Source of the DNA: Mobula hypostoma | Lineage: Eukaryota | NCBI RefSeq assembly: GCF_963921235.1 | Contig: NC_086097.1 | Span: 253,768,001 to 253,832,000, forward strand | Length of the DNA: 64,000 nt | Direction: 5' to 3' | Shown: piece by piece, positions 49,179 through 61,967 of the stretch | How positions within the stretch are numbered: position 1 is the first letter of the stretch | Layout of the letters: every line of letters starts with the position of its first letter | The notes under the pieces: model-generated | The model's input: the letters and a program-made list of their open reading frames with translations, nothing else | What the model was told of the DNA's origin: nothing | The model's database searches: none | Program-made: the position numbers and the translations under genes

Positions 49179-50199
49179 TGGCTTTTATGTTGGCTTTGAC
49201 TTCTCTTGTTAGCCATGGTTATGTCATCGTTCCTTTAGAACACTTTTCTCTTTGAGATATATGTATATATCCTGTGCCCTCTGAAATGCATCCAGAATTC
49301 CAGCCATTGCCGTTTTGCCGTCATCTCTGCTAGTGTTCCTTTCCAATCAATTCTGACCAACTCCTCTCTAATGGCTCTGTAATTCCCTTTACACCACTGT
49401 AATACTGATACATCTGACTTTTTCTTCTCCTCAAATTTCAGGGTAATTTTGATCATATTATGATCATTTACCCCAAGCGTTCTTTTACGTAAGCTCTCTC
49501 ATCAATTCTGGTCCATTGCACAACACCCAATCCAGAATATATGATACTCTAGTGGACTCCACATCGATTTGTTCTAAAAATCCATCTCGTAGGCATTCTA
49601 GAAGTTCCCACTCTTAGACTCCAGCAGTCTACCTGCATATTGAAATCCTCCATGACCACTGTAACATTGCCCTTTTGGCATTCATATTCTACCTCCCATT
49701 GTAGACACATCTTTACTACTTTCTGGGGTTCTGTATACAATTCCTGTCAGGGTCTTTTTACCCTTGCAGTTCCTTAGCTCTACTCACAAATGATTCAACA
49801 CCTTCTGACCCTATGTCACCTCTTTCTAATAATTTGATTTCTTTTTTTTAAACCAACAGATCCATTCCCTCTGCCTTCCTGCCTGTCCTTTCAAAACAGT
49901 GTGTATCCCTGGCCTGTAAGCTCCCAGCTCTAATCTTCTTTCAGCCATGATTCAGTGATACCCACAACATCGAACATGCCAGATCTTATTCCGTATATTG
50001 TGCACATTCAAATATAACCACCTTCCGTCCAGTATCCGCTCTTTTCGATTTTGTCGGCCTTTCACATCGCAACTTATCCTGTTGACTGCCATTTCTCCCC
50101 ACCATCAGCGTCTCCTTGCTAGGAGTCTCACTGCACCTTGTCTTTGTTTGTCATCCAAATACCTCATCCTCATCACTATCACTCCGTTTCCTGCCCCCC

Positions 50200-50900
50200 T
50201 CCCCGCCAAATTAGTTTATACCCTCCCAAACAGCTCTATTAAACCTACCTGCAAGGATATTGGTCCCCCTGGGGTTCAGGTGTAACCCAGAAGTGATATC
50301 AATGATCCATAAATGTGAACCTCTACCCCCTGCACCAGTTCCTCAGGCATGTTTTCATCTGCCAAATCATTCTACTCCTACCCTCACTGGCACATGGCAC
50401 AAGCAGTACTCCAGAGATGACTATCCTGGAGGTCCTGTTTCTCAGCTTTCTACCTGGCCTCAGAACCTCCTCACCTTGTCTACCTATGCCATTGGTGCCA
50501 GTAAGCACCCAGACGTCTGGCTGCTCTCCCTTGCCTTTGAGAATGGCATGGACATGGTCCGAGACATCCCTGATCCTGGCACCAAGGAGGCAACATAGCA
50601 TCCGGGTGCCTCTATCAATCACAGACGTCATTGTTGTTCCTCTGACTGAGGAGTCGCCGATCAAGACTGCAATCCTCTTCACCGCTCTGTTCTTCTGAGC
50701 CACAGCCACTCAGTGCCAGAGACCCGGTCACTGTGGCTTCTTCCTGATAATTCGTATCTAAAGTTGTATAATTATTATCAAGGGGAACGGCCAGAGGTGT
50801 ACTCTACACTGGTTGTGCATTTACCCTCCTCCAGACAGTCACCCTGTCACCTGCAGTCTAGGGGTGACTATTTCCCTGTAGCTCCTGTCTGTAACCTCCT
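50200..50900 (-). pseudogene. CR1 ORF1 SGNH esterase-like domain remnant
   Basis: VLIGDSSVRG, CCLLGARIRDV, TGTNGIG and RIVISGVL blocks. Confidence 0.8.
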
Positions 50901-51330
50901 AGGATCAATCTAACCCTTCTCTCCACTAACACTCCATTTTTCCATCATCTATGTGTCTATCTATGAAGTTCTTAAATAACCCAGATGTATCTGCCCCTAC
51001 CACCACCCCGACAGGGTATTTCTAGCATCCACCACTCTGTGTTTGAAAAAACAACCTCTGACATCTGTACTATACTTTCCTCCAATCTCCTTAAAATTTG
51101 ATCCTTCCTATTAGCCATTACCATCCTGGGAAATAAGTCTCTAGCTGTCCACTCGATACCTCTTATCATCTTGTACACATCTATCAAGTCACTTGTCATC
51201 CTCCTTCACTCCAAAGAGCGAAGCCCTAGCTCACTCATCCAATCCCTATAAGATGTGCTCTCTAATCCAGGCAGCATCCTGGTAAATCTCCTCTGCATCC
51301 TCCCTAAAGCTTTCGCATCCTTCCTATTAC
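50900..51330 (-). mobile_element. Degenerate CR1 3' fragment
   Basis: DLIDVYKMIRGI segment plus 3' UTR. Confidence 0.7.
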
Positions 51331-52004
51331 AAGCTGATTATGCACCTCTATCTTATCCTCCTTGGTTCCAAAGAGATTCTTGGAAGAAGTCATAAGAGGT
51401 GAATCTGTAGGAAGTTACAACTGCGGCTGATGACCCAGGGGTTGCTGTGGACCATATCAATTCCATTGACCACCATGGAGTGACCACCATGCTACCGACT
51501 GCAAGACCATCACAGGCACACTTCCATTCTAACGATAACAAGCAGCTCAGTCAACTGCCCTTACTGTCTCCTGAAGTCCCTGTGATCTCCGTCTCTGAGT
51601 CCAATGTGAGAGCAAACCCGCGGAAGGCATCCGGCCCAGACAGGGCACCAGGCTGAGTCCTAACGACGTCTGCTGATCATCTGGCTGGACTATTCAATGA
51701 GATCTTTAACCTCTTGCTTCGCAAATCTGATCAGTTTGCTCTCACGTTGTGCTCAGAGATGGAGATCACGGGGATTTCAGCAGACAGTAAGGGCAGTTTA
51801 CTGAAAGACCATAAGACCATAAGATATAGGAGCAGAATTAGGCCATTTGGCCCATCGAGTCTGTTCCACTATTCAATCATGGCTGATCCTTTTTTTTTCC
51901 TCCTTCTCAACCCCATTTCCCGGCCTTCTCCCCGTAACCTTTGGTGTCATGTCCAATAAGGTGCCCTGTCCATTAGAAAGGGCAAACAAAAATAATGCCA
52001 GTGC

Positions 52005-52290
52005 AAGCAGAGTGGCGACTCTTTTGAGTGAGCCAGTGTGCAGAATGGCTTCGGCTCACCAGGCGTTGGTGAGCTGAAGGATCTGGCAAGTTCTCCTTTT
52101 ATCATTTCTTCATTCCTCACCTGTTAGGGCATAGTAGTGAGATGAGACTGGCCTAGGGCACTGTTTTATACACTGTGGAAGGTCTGGGAGACCTCCAGTC
52201 TCCTGGATAAACACGTCTGAACTAGGTGCACCGAGCTGCAGCCCCTGAGGGACGTATTAAAGAACCCGAGCTGCAACTCACCGATTTTCA
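52005..52290 (+). mobile_element. CR1 5' UTR and ORF1 N-terminal Zn-finger remnant
   Basis: Translates LWKVWETSSLLDKHV*TRCTELQPLRD, resembling the CR1 ORF1 CxxC/coiled-coil start. Confidence 0.5.
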
Positions 52291-52789
52291 ACATAGGTCA
52301 AAAGGTTGGGCCGAATGGCCTGTACTCTCTGTATCGTTCCGTGTTTGTCTCTGAAGTGTACTTAGACCATAAAATCACAAGGTATAAGTGCAGAATTAGG
52401 CCATTCAGCCCATCGAGACTGCATGCCATTCCATGATGGCTGATTTATTTTCCCTCTCAACCCTATTCTCCAGCCCCTGCTCTGACTAACCAGAACCTAA
52501 TCATGTTTAACCTAACTAATCAAGCTCAGCGTGAGGATATTTTTAATTTCCAGCTGGCATTTGTTGATTTTAAATGACAGCAACAAATGATGTAATGTAT
52601 ACTAATGTTTGTTCGAGTAATGAAGCAGAATATTTCACTGTCAGAATCTTCCTGTGTGCCTTGCTGTGGATCTATAACAAACTGGCAGTGAGCAGCTGGG
52701 CGTGCTTTTGAGGAGACTGACAAACAGGCTACGCATGGCAGGGCAGTCAGCATCTGTGGCTGGAGGCCTCTCGTCACTCGAGCTGCTGC

Positions 52790-53600
52790 ACATAAGACCA
52801 TAAGGCATAGGAGCATTACAAGACCATTTGACCCAAGTCTGCTCCACCATTCAATCATGACTGATCCTTTTTTTTCCTCTTCAATCCCACTCCCTGGCCT
52901 ACACTCTGTAACCTATGATGCCATGTCCAATTAAGAACCTGCCAAACTCTGCCTTAAATATACCCAACAACCTGGCCTCCACAACTGCATGTGGCAACAA
53001 ATTCCACAAATTTACCACCCACTGGTCAAAGAAATTTCTCCACATCTATATTTTAATTCCTGAGGCTGTGCCCTCTTGTCCTAAACTCTTTCCCCATGGG
53101 AAACACCCTTTCCACATCTACTCTGTCTAGGCCTTTCAACATTCGAAAGGGTTCAAAGAGATCTCCCCCCCACCATCCTTCTAAGTTCCAGCGAGTACAA
53201 AAGTCCCTTTGCATCTCAGATTTTTGGATTTTCTCCCCATTTAGAAAATAGTCTGCACATTTATTTCTGCTACCAAAGTGCATGATCATGCATTTTCCAA
53301 CATTGTATTTCACTTGCCACTTTCTTGCCCATTCTCGTAGTCTGTCTAAGTCCATCTGCAGCCTGCCTATTTCCTCAGTACAACCTGCCTCTCCACCAAT
53401 CTTTATATCATCTGCAAACTTGCCAACAAATCCATTTATTCCATCATCTAAATCATTGATATACAACATAAAAAGAAGTGGTCCCAACACTGACCCCTGC
53501 AGAACACCACTGGTCACTGTAGCCAACCAGAAAACAATCCTTTTATTCCCACTTGCTTCAAACTACCAATGCTCTAACCATGCCAGTAACTTTGCTGTAA
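52790..53600 (-). mobile_element. CR1 RT 3' fragment with internal deletion
   Basis: [21 protein letters not shown]...KFADDIKIGG motif and cataagaccataag tail. Confidence 0.85.
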
Positions 53601-53602
53601 TA

Positions 53603-54106
53603 AACAATAGACAATAGACAATAGGTGCAGGAGTAGGCCATTCGGCCCTTTGAGCTAGCTCCACCATTCACTGTGATCATGGCTGATCATCCACAATCAG
53701 TATCCAGTTCCTGCCTTCTCCCCATATCCCTTGACTCCACTATCTTTAAGAGCTCTATCTAACTCTTTCTTGAAAGAATCCAGAGAATTGGCCTCCATTG
53801 CCTTCTGAGGCAGAGCATTCCACAGATCCACAACCCTCTGTGTGAAAAAGATTTTCCTCAACTCCGTTCTAAATGGCCTACCGCTTATTCTTACACTGTG
53901 GCCTCTGGTTCTGGACTCACCCATCAGCGGGAACGTGTTTTCTGCCTCTAGCGTGTCCAATCCCTTAATAATCTTCTTTGTTTCAATAAGATCCCCTCTC
54001 ATCCTTCTAATTTCCAGTGTATACAAGCCCAGTCGCTCCAATCTTTCAACATATGACATTCCCGCCATCCCTGGAATTAACCCAGTGAACCTACGCTGCA
54101 CTCCCT
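53603..54106 (-). mobile_element. CR1 3' fragment (separate subfamily, (CAATAGA)n tail)
   Basis: LEGVQRRFTGLIPG...TRGHS...FFTQRVVDLWNALP in an open frame. Confidence 0.88.
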
Positions 54107-55062
54107 CCAGACAGTGATGCAGCCTGTCAGAATGCTCTGCATGGTACAACTATAGAAGTTTTTGAGTGTATTTGTTGACATGCCAAATCTCTTCAAACCC
54201 CTAATACAGTACAGCCGCTGGATTTCCTTCTTTATAACTACATTGATATGTTGGGGCCAGATTAGATCCTATGAACTTCCTATACTATGAACTTCAGGAA
54301 GGTTAAGACGAAGGAACACATACCAATCCTCATAGAGGGATCAGAAGTGGAGAGAGTGAGCAGCTTCAAGTTCCTGGGTGTCAAGATCTCTGAGGATCTA
54401 ATCTGGCCCCAGCATATCAATGTAGTTATAAAGAAGGAAATCCAGCAGCTATACTTTATTAGGAGTTTGAAGTGATTTGGCATGTCAACAAATACACTCA
54501 AAAACTTCTATAGTTGTACCGTGCAGAGCATTCTGACAGGCTGCATCACTGTCTGGTATGGAGGGGCTACTGCACAGGATCGAAAGAAGCTGCAGAAGGT
54601 TGTAAATCTAGTCAGCTCCATCTTGGGTACTAGCCTGCAAAGTACCCAGGACATCTTCAAGGAGCAGTGTCTCAGAAAGGCAGCGTCCATTATTAAGGAC
54701 CTCCAGCACCCAGGGCATGCCCTTTTCTCACTGTTACCATCAGGGAGGAGGTACAGAAGCCTGAAGGCACACACTCAGTGATTCAGGAACAGCTTCTTCC
54801 CCTCTGCCATCCGATTCCTAAATGGACATTGAACCCTTGGACACTACCTCATTTTTTTTTAATATACAGTATTTCTGTTTTTGCACATTTAAAAAAATCT
54901 ATTCAATATGCGTAATTGAATTACTTGTTTATTTATTATGTTTTATTTTATTTATTATTTTTTTCTGTCTCTCTGCTAGATTATGTATTGTATTGAACTG
55001 CTGCTGCTAAGTTAACAAATTTCACATCACATGCCAGTGATAATAAACCTGATTCTGATTCT
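54107..55062 (+). mobile_element. Rex1-type LINE 3' fragment with an inverted duplication at its 5' junction
   Basis: VSSFKFLGVKISEDL, SILTGCITVWYG and LPSGRRYRSL motifs; tail ataaacctgattctgattct. Confidence 0.88.
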
Positions 55063-56375
55063 AATTCTGAGCTCTTAACTTGGTAAGCAGCCTCATGTGC
55101 GGCACCTCGTCAAAGACCTTCTGGAAGTCCAAATATACAACATCCACTGCATTGCCTTTATCAGTCCTACTTGTAATCTCCTCAAAGAATTCCAACAAGC
55201 TTGTCAGGTAAGATTTTCCCTTAAGGAAACCATACTGATGTTGTCCTGTCTTGTCCTGTGTCACTAAGTACTCCATAACTTCATCCTTAACAGTTAACTC
55301 CAACATCTTCCCAACCACGGTGGTCAGGCAATTGGCCTATAATTTCCCTTCTGCTTCCTTAATCCTTTCTTAGAGAGTGGAGTGACATTTGCAATTTTCC
55401 TGTCCTCTGGCACGGTGCCAGAGTCCAAAGATTTTTGAAAGATTATTACTGATTCCTCCACAATCTCTACTGCTACCTCATTCAGAACCCAAGGGTGCAG
55501 TTCATCTGGTCCGGCTGCCTGATGTACCCTCAGGTCTTTCAGCTTTTTGAGCACCTTCTCCCTTGTAACAGTAACTGCACTCACTTCTCTTCCCTCACAC
55601 CCTTCAACATCTGGCACACTGCCAGTGCCTTCCACAGTGAAGACTGATGTTAAGTACTCATTTAGTTCATCTGCCATCTGATATCTGCTATACTCACTCT
55701 CATCTCTTATTTTATACATGCTTGAAAAAGCGTTAACTATCCACTTTGATATTGTTTGCTAGCTTGCTTTCATATTTCATCTTTTCCCTAATGATTATTT
55801 TAGTTACTCACTGTAGGTTATTAAAAGCTTCCAAATCCTCTGTCTTCCCGTTAATTCTCCCTTTGTAGTATGCCTTCTCTTTTGTTTTTACGTTAGCTTT
55901 GACTTCCCTTGTCAGCCACTGTTGTACATTTTGTCATTTGAATATTTCTTCATTTCTGGAATACATCTATCCTGCACCTTCCTCATTTTCCCCAGAAGCT
56001 CATGCCATTACTGCTCTGCTGTCATCCCTGCCGGCATCTCCTTCCAATTTACTTTGCCCAGCTCCTCTCTCTTACCACTGTAATCTCCTTTACTCCACTG
56101 AAATACTGCTATGTCAGACTTTTCTTTCTCCCCATCAATTTTCACATTGAACTCAGTCATATTTTGATCACAGTCTCCTAAGGGTTCTTTTACCTTAAGC
56201 TCCCTAACGACTCTGGTTCATTACATAACACCCATTTCCAGTAAAGCTGATCCCCCAGAAGGCTCAACGATAAACTGCTCTACAAAATCCATTTTGTAAG
56301 CATTCAATAAACTCACCCTCTTGAGATCCTGATTTTTCTCATTCGACCTGCATTTTGAAATCTCCCATGACTCGA
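55063..56375 (-). mobile_element. CR1 ORF2 internal fragment
   Basis: AAGPDELHP, GNYRP, QYGFLKGKS and LDFQKVFDEVPH motifs. Confidence 0.88.
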
Positions 56376-57556
56376 CCATAAGACATAGGAGCAGAATTAG
56401 GCCATTCAGCCCATCTAGTCTACTCCACCATTTCATGAAGGCTGATCCCGGATCCCACTCAACCCCATACATCTTCCTTCTCGCCATATCCTTTGATGCC
56501 CTGACCGATCAAGAAACTAGTGTTTTTTTTATAAGACTAGTGTCTTATAAAGCCTCAGCATTATCTCCTTGCTTTTATATTCTATTCTCCTTGAAATAAA
56601 TGCCAACATTGCATTTGTCTTCTTTACCACAGACTCAATCTGTAAATTAACCTTCTGGGAGTCTTGCACAAGAACTCCTAATTCCCTCTGCACCTCTGAT
56701 GTTTGAACCTTCTCCCCGTTTAGATAATAATTGGCACAATTGTTCCTTTTGCCAAAATGTGTTATGCATTTCCCAACGCTGTATTCCATCTGTCACTTTT
56801 TTGCCCATTTTTCCAAATTGTCTAAGTCCTGCTATAATCGCATTGCTTCCTCACCCCTCCACCTGTCTTCATAACATCCGCTAACTTTGCCACAAAGCCA
56901 TTAATTCTATTATCCTAATCAATGACAAACAATGTGACAAGTAGCGGTCCCAATACTGAGGAACACTGCTAGTCACTGGCAGCCAACTAGAGAATTCCCA
57001 TTCACTGCCTCCTACTTGTCAGCCATTCCTCTATCCATGCGAGTATCTTTCTTGTAAAACCATAGGGTTTTATCTTATTAAGCAGCCTCCTGTGGCACCT
57101 TATCAAATGCCTTCTGAAAATCCAGATAAATGAGATCCACTGCCTCTCTTTGTCCAACCTGCTTGTTACTTCCTCAAAGAACACTAACAGATTTATCAGG
57201 GGAGATTTCCGTTTACAGAAGCCATGCTGACTTTGACATATTTTATCATTAGTCTCCAAGTACCCTGAAACCTCATCCTTAATAATAGACTCCAACACTT
57301 TCCCAACCACTGAGGTTGGGCTAACTTGCCTATAATTTCCTTTCTTTTGCCTTCCACTATTCTTCAAGAGCGGAGTGACATTTGCGATTTTCCAGTCCTC
57401 CGGGACCAGGCCAGAATGAAGTGATTCTTGAAAGATCACGACCAATGCATCCGTTATCTCTTCAGTAACCTCTCTCAGGACTCTGGGATGTAGTCCATCT
57501 GGTCCAGGTGATTTATCCACCTTAAGACCTTTCAGTTTGTCAAGCATTTTTTCCAG
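56376..57556 (-). mobile_element. CR1 3' fragment with internal deletion
   Basis: KSPGPDGLHPRVL...QHGFCK motifs and a 3' UTR near 56380; same subfamily as 40108-41138 and 46812-48245. Confidence 0.88.
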
Positions 57557-57959
57557 TGTAGACGAGTCCACATAGGGACCAGAAGATTACTTGAACAGAT
57601 GTTTTTTTCTTGTGAGTGCTGTTTATCAGATACTGTCTACCTGCGGTGCTGCTCAGGTTTTCATTTTACCTGGGCACACATGGACTTGAGCAGGTGACTT
57701 TGACCTTGACTTTGTTACTTCACCAGACAGGTATGACTTGATACGGAATAGAAATCAGGTTTATTGTTACTGACAGATGCTGTGAGATTTGTGGCAGTAC
57801 ATACCATAATAGGTTCAGGTACCTTGGTACAGAGCAATGCATTAAAAAATTACTGCAAATAACCATAACCAATACATACATTTTATTTATTTTAATAAAA
57901 TTTATGCATTTGTTATGGTTACTAACTGGATTTTTTTGATGTTTTGCACTCTAACATCA

Positions 57960-58295
57960 TGCATATCACATCCTGGTTATGCGACCACTGACATCAGGCA
58001 GATAATCTCTGAAGACACTTGATGTTAATTGGATATGTCATCACGTTACCATGTCATTACGTGTGCACCTTGCTTAAGATAAACACGAAGTTACGGCTGC
58101 ATTCCCGGACTCCTGCGTTTTCCTTTGAATTATTTTAATGTTTTGAAGTTGCATAACAGCTGGAATTATCCATCTTGTAAAGACACTGCCCAGAAGGCGG
58201 CAATGGTAAACCACTTACATAGAAAAATTTGCCAAGAATAATCATGTTCATGAGAGTATGATTGCCTCTGTCATACAATGTGGCACATAATGATG
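57960..58295 (+). mobile_element. RTE-type 3' end fragment interrupted by a 136-bp TGTTA...TAACA insert (58023-58158)
   Basis: ggcaatggtaaaccactt...tttgccaagaa motif and a (tga)n tail typical of RTE ends. Confidence 0.55.
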
Positions 58296-58944
58296 ACTAT
58301 ACCACCATACCATAACCACTACTGTATAAAGATGTAGCCTGATGTTAGAATTGGTTAAAAGGTTGCCACCCCACTGTGTTCTGAAGGGTCGGTATTGTGC
58401 TGTAATGTTCTATGTTCTATGTTCTGAAAAGATAAATAAGTGGTGCTAAAAGGGTGTATTTTGTTCCGTGAAACCACTGCGAAACAAAGAAAGGCCATTT
58501 GCTTCCATTACTTTGGTTTGATGTGGAATTCGGAGTTGAAGATAGACCCTTACAGCAAGGGAGAGACTCATTTGCTTCCAGTGCTGTCCTCATAAAGTCA
58601 TGATCAGACTTCACTATGATGTGAGATGGCCTGGAAAAGAATATACTTAAAATTTTGTTATTTTATTTGAATGTGGTGCCTCAGGCCTCCTTTCACAATG
58701 ACAATAAGTGCTACTGTGTCGGAACGGAACTCCCATTCTATGGGCAGTTCATGTGACTTGCCCGTGCTGAGTGGAAAATGCTCAGATATCACCCTGTCAA
58801 CAGAGAGAAGAAACTTTCGTCATTTTCATTTGGATCTTATTTCAGATCCCCAAGTAGCAGGAAACATTCCAATTCACTAATTAAATTTCACTCCAATCTC
58901 AGTTCTGACCAACTCATTAAGTACAACAAAACATAATCACATGC

Positions 58945-59795
58945 CACACTGGAAATCCAGAGCAAAACACACACAAAATTCTGGAAATCCAGAGCAACAC
59001 ACGCAAAATGCTGGAAATCAAAGAATCACACAATTTCTGGAAATCAGAGAAACACACAAAATTCTGGAGGAACTCAGCAGGTCAGGAAGCATCTGTGGAA
59101 ATGATGTTTCAGGCTGTGACACCAGAGAGGAAGAAGCAAGAATTACAAACACGAAAGATTCTACAGATGTTAGAAATCCGCAGTAACACACACAGAACGC
59201 TGGAAATCCGCAGTAACACACACAGAACGCTGGAAATCCGCAGTAACACACACAGAAGGCTGGAAATCCGCAGTAACACACACAGAACGCTGGAAATCCG
59301 CAGTAACACACACAGAACGCTGGAAATCCACAGTAACACACACAGAATGCTGGAGGAACTCAGCAGGTCAGGCAGAATCAATGAAGGGGAATAAACAGTC
59401 GATTTTTTGACTGAGACCCTTCATCCGGACAGGAAAGGAAGGTGGAAGAAGCCAGAATAAGAAGGTAGGAGAGTGGAAGGACAGGCTGGCATGTGATAGG
59501 TGAGGGGGGAAGATGGGTGGGGAGGGGGCGATGAAGTAAGAAGCTGGAAGGTGATAGGTGAAAGAAGTAAAGGGTTGAAGAAGGAATCCGATAGAAGAGG
59601 AGAGTGGACCATGGGAGAAAGAGGAGGAGAAGGAGAACCAGAGGGAGGTGATGGGCAGGTGAGGAGAAGGGAATAGAGGAGAGGGAAACCAGAATGGGGA
59701 ATGGAAAAAGCAAGAAGAGGCCAAGGGAGAAATTACTGAAAGTTTGAGAAATCAGATAGCCTCCAACTTGATGGCATAAACATTGATTTCTCTTC
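58945..59795 (-). mobile_element. Penelope-like terminal fragments in tandem
   Basis: ctggaggaactcagcaggtcagg occurs twice; purine-rich tract, decayed hammerhead at 59396-59430, and the GIY-YIG end near 59760. Confidence 0.8.
59170..59349. repeat. 30-bp minisatellite, six units
   Basis: (ctggaaatccgcagtaacacacacagaacg)x6, near-perfect. Confidence 0.97.
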
Positions 59796-60272
59796 TGCCT
59801 CAGAGATCAGTATTCACTGTCTCAGTCCATTGCAATACATAATGAATAACTATAAATTCCAATAAAGAATATATTATAAAAATTAAACTAAATACATAGT
59901 GCAAAAAGAACAAAATAATGTGGAGGTATTCACGGGGTAATTGTCTGTTCGGAAATCTGTTCCTGAAGCGGTAAATGTGAATGATTGTTTAGTGTATGTG
60001 TTGATTGTTAGGAAACAGCAGCATCTGATATTGTTATGTCTGTGCCATCTGTGATCATTTTAACAAACTGCTTTGACATGACGAATGAATGCAGATGTTG
60101 AAGCAGTGTTGTATCAAGCATTGTTACTGGGGAGACAGTGGATCATTTTGTTTTCAAAGTAGCTTGTTCCTGGTGATTAGTCTTGATCTACTACGCTGAA
60201 TAAGTCAATCATTATCTGTTCAACACTCCAGTCGGCCTCTTTCCATTTCCTCAGGCTTTCTGCCAGGCACTC

Positions 60273-61060
60273 CAAGTTCAAGTTTAATTCCCGTTCAACC
60301 ATACACACAGACACGGCCAAACAAAACAGAGTTCCTTCAGGGACAAGACGTAAAACACAGAACTGACAGTCACACACAGCACAAGGCACATACAATTACA
60401 ATAGCAGAAAAATCTAGCCCGAGTCCCCGAGTGTCCTGGTCTGCAGATGGATGGTGCATGCGATGTTGTCCTGGGCCATGTTTCTGCAAGCACAGGCCCG
60501 AAGCAGTTCCCCACCTCGCACTAGTTCAGCCACGGACAAACCTAATTCAGCTTGACTTCCGCTGGAGGTCTGCACTGACAGGGAGCCAGTCCCCGTACCA
60601 AGCCGGACACCCACCATGTTACATTGTTTCTGGCTTATCCTCCCTGGCCGGCTGCGGCAGGTGACTCCGTCAGCTGAGAGCCTGGTCCGCACGACAGCTC
60701 CTTCACCGCCAGTCTCACCAGTGAACCCGTGAACCAGATCTGTAGCAAAGTCCAACACAGTCTTGCAATCACAAGAACAACATCCAAGACCATCGTTTGC
60801 ACGATCTGTTGGAATGCGCACTGTTTCCGTACAGCACCTCTGGTGCATTCCTCCTTGAGCTGCTGAAACAGGCTGCAAACTCAATATGCGTCAAGTCCAG
60901 CTCAAGTCCTTGCTGGTGGTGCTGGTGGTGCAGATCTGCAGGACTTGATGTTTGCAACACCCAGCAGTGTTTTGCAATTGTGAAAAAGGCTTAGAGGATG
61001 AACAGTGACACCTTTGTTTGGACCCAGCAAGGCTGTTGTGACTGAGAGCACGGCCATCTT
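60273..61060 (-). mobile_element. Non-coding retroposon with an AAGATGGC 5' end and (TTGAAC)n tail
   Basis: gccatctt at 61053-61060 and caagttcaagttt at 60273. Confidence 0.55.
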
Positions 61061-61234
61061 ACTGGAATGTAGATAAGATTACAACCACAGATTCCTGTGA
61101 CAGTGATAATCAAACAGATTCACTCTTAACTTCATTTCTATTTTCACCAAAGTGGCAAGTCATTTGACTATCTCAGAAAACAAACCACCATCTACTTTGG
61201 TTGGTTGAGATGTTCGACATGCATGTGTTAGACT

Positions 61235-61590
61235 AGAATCAGATTTAGTATATCGTGAAATTTGTTGTTTTGGGGCAACAGTACAGTGCAATGCATAAAA
61301 ATTATAAATAAGAAATAGATATTTAAAAAATTGAATTTAATAACAAGTGCAAAAAAGAGAGCAAAAATAGAGAGGTGGTGTTCATGGGTTCATTGTCCAT
61401 TCAGAAATCTGATAGCGGAGGGGAAGAAGCTGTTCCTGAATCATTGAGTGTGTGTCTTCAGGCTCCTGTACCTCCTCCCTGATGGTAACAGTGAGAAGAG
61501 AGCAGGTCCTGGGTGATGGGGACCCTTAATGATGGATACCTCCATTTTGAGGCATCACCTTTTGAAAATGTCCACAACGCTGTTGAGGAC
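61235..61590 (-). mobile_element. Rex1-type LINE 3' fragment
   Basis: Reverse complement of the 1-215 type segment plus UTR. Confidence 0.7.
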
Positions 61591-61664
61591 TATCAAAATC
61601 ATTTGTTGCATGTAAATATAGGATTTTTAAAAAATTAAGCTATACCACATGGATTGTAAGTATC

Positions 61665-61672
61665 TGTTTAGC

Positions 61673-61724
<52 letters not shown>

Positions 61725-61826
61725 GAGTATGGTAGTGTTTAGCCCTGTGTGTGTGTGTGTGTGTGTGGAGTACGGTAGTGTTTAGCCCAGTGTGTGTGTG
61801 TGTGTGTGGAGTACGGTAGTGTTTAG

Positions 61827-61872
<46 letters not shown>

Positions 61873-61891
61873 AGTACGGTAGTGTTTAGCC

Positions 61892-61925
<34 letters not shown>

Positions 61926-61967
61926 TACGGTAGTGTTTAGCCCCGTGTGTGTGGAGTATGGCAGTAG
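61665..61967. repeat. Compound minisatellite: (TG)n tracts separated by ggagtacggtagtgtttagccc
   Basis: Six tgtttagcc junctions with variable-length TG runs. Confidence 0.95.

Larger units (their letters stand above)
45403..49990 (-). mobile_element. Long CR1 LINE (EN plus RT plus 3' UTR) with two nested insertions
   Basis: QKGNVTVVMEDFNMQVD near 49650, DDWKIANVT...[10 protein letters not shown] near 46750, and the 3' UTR near 45420. Confidence 0.85.

Noticed and set aside
58023..58158. Solo LTR (TGTTA...TAACA)
   Set aside because: It is short, has no TSD and has no second copy in the window; left unassigned.
58417..58630. Minus-strand exon after the acceptor-like ttcttttccag
   Set aside because: The peptide is unrecognisable, the donor is weak and there is no partner exon.
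59008..59394. Repetitive-peptide ORFs (LEIRSNTHRT)n and (CVCYCGFPAF)n
   Set aside because: These are translations of the 30-bp minisatellite.
61665..61967. CRISPR-like repeat/spacer look (also 59170-59349)
   Set aside because: Spacers are (TG)n or absent, the context is eukaryotic, and there are no cas genes.
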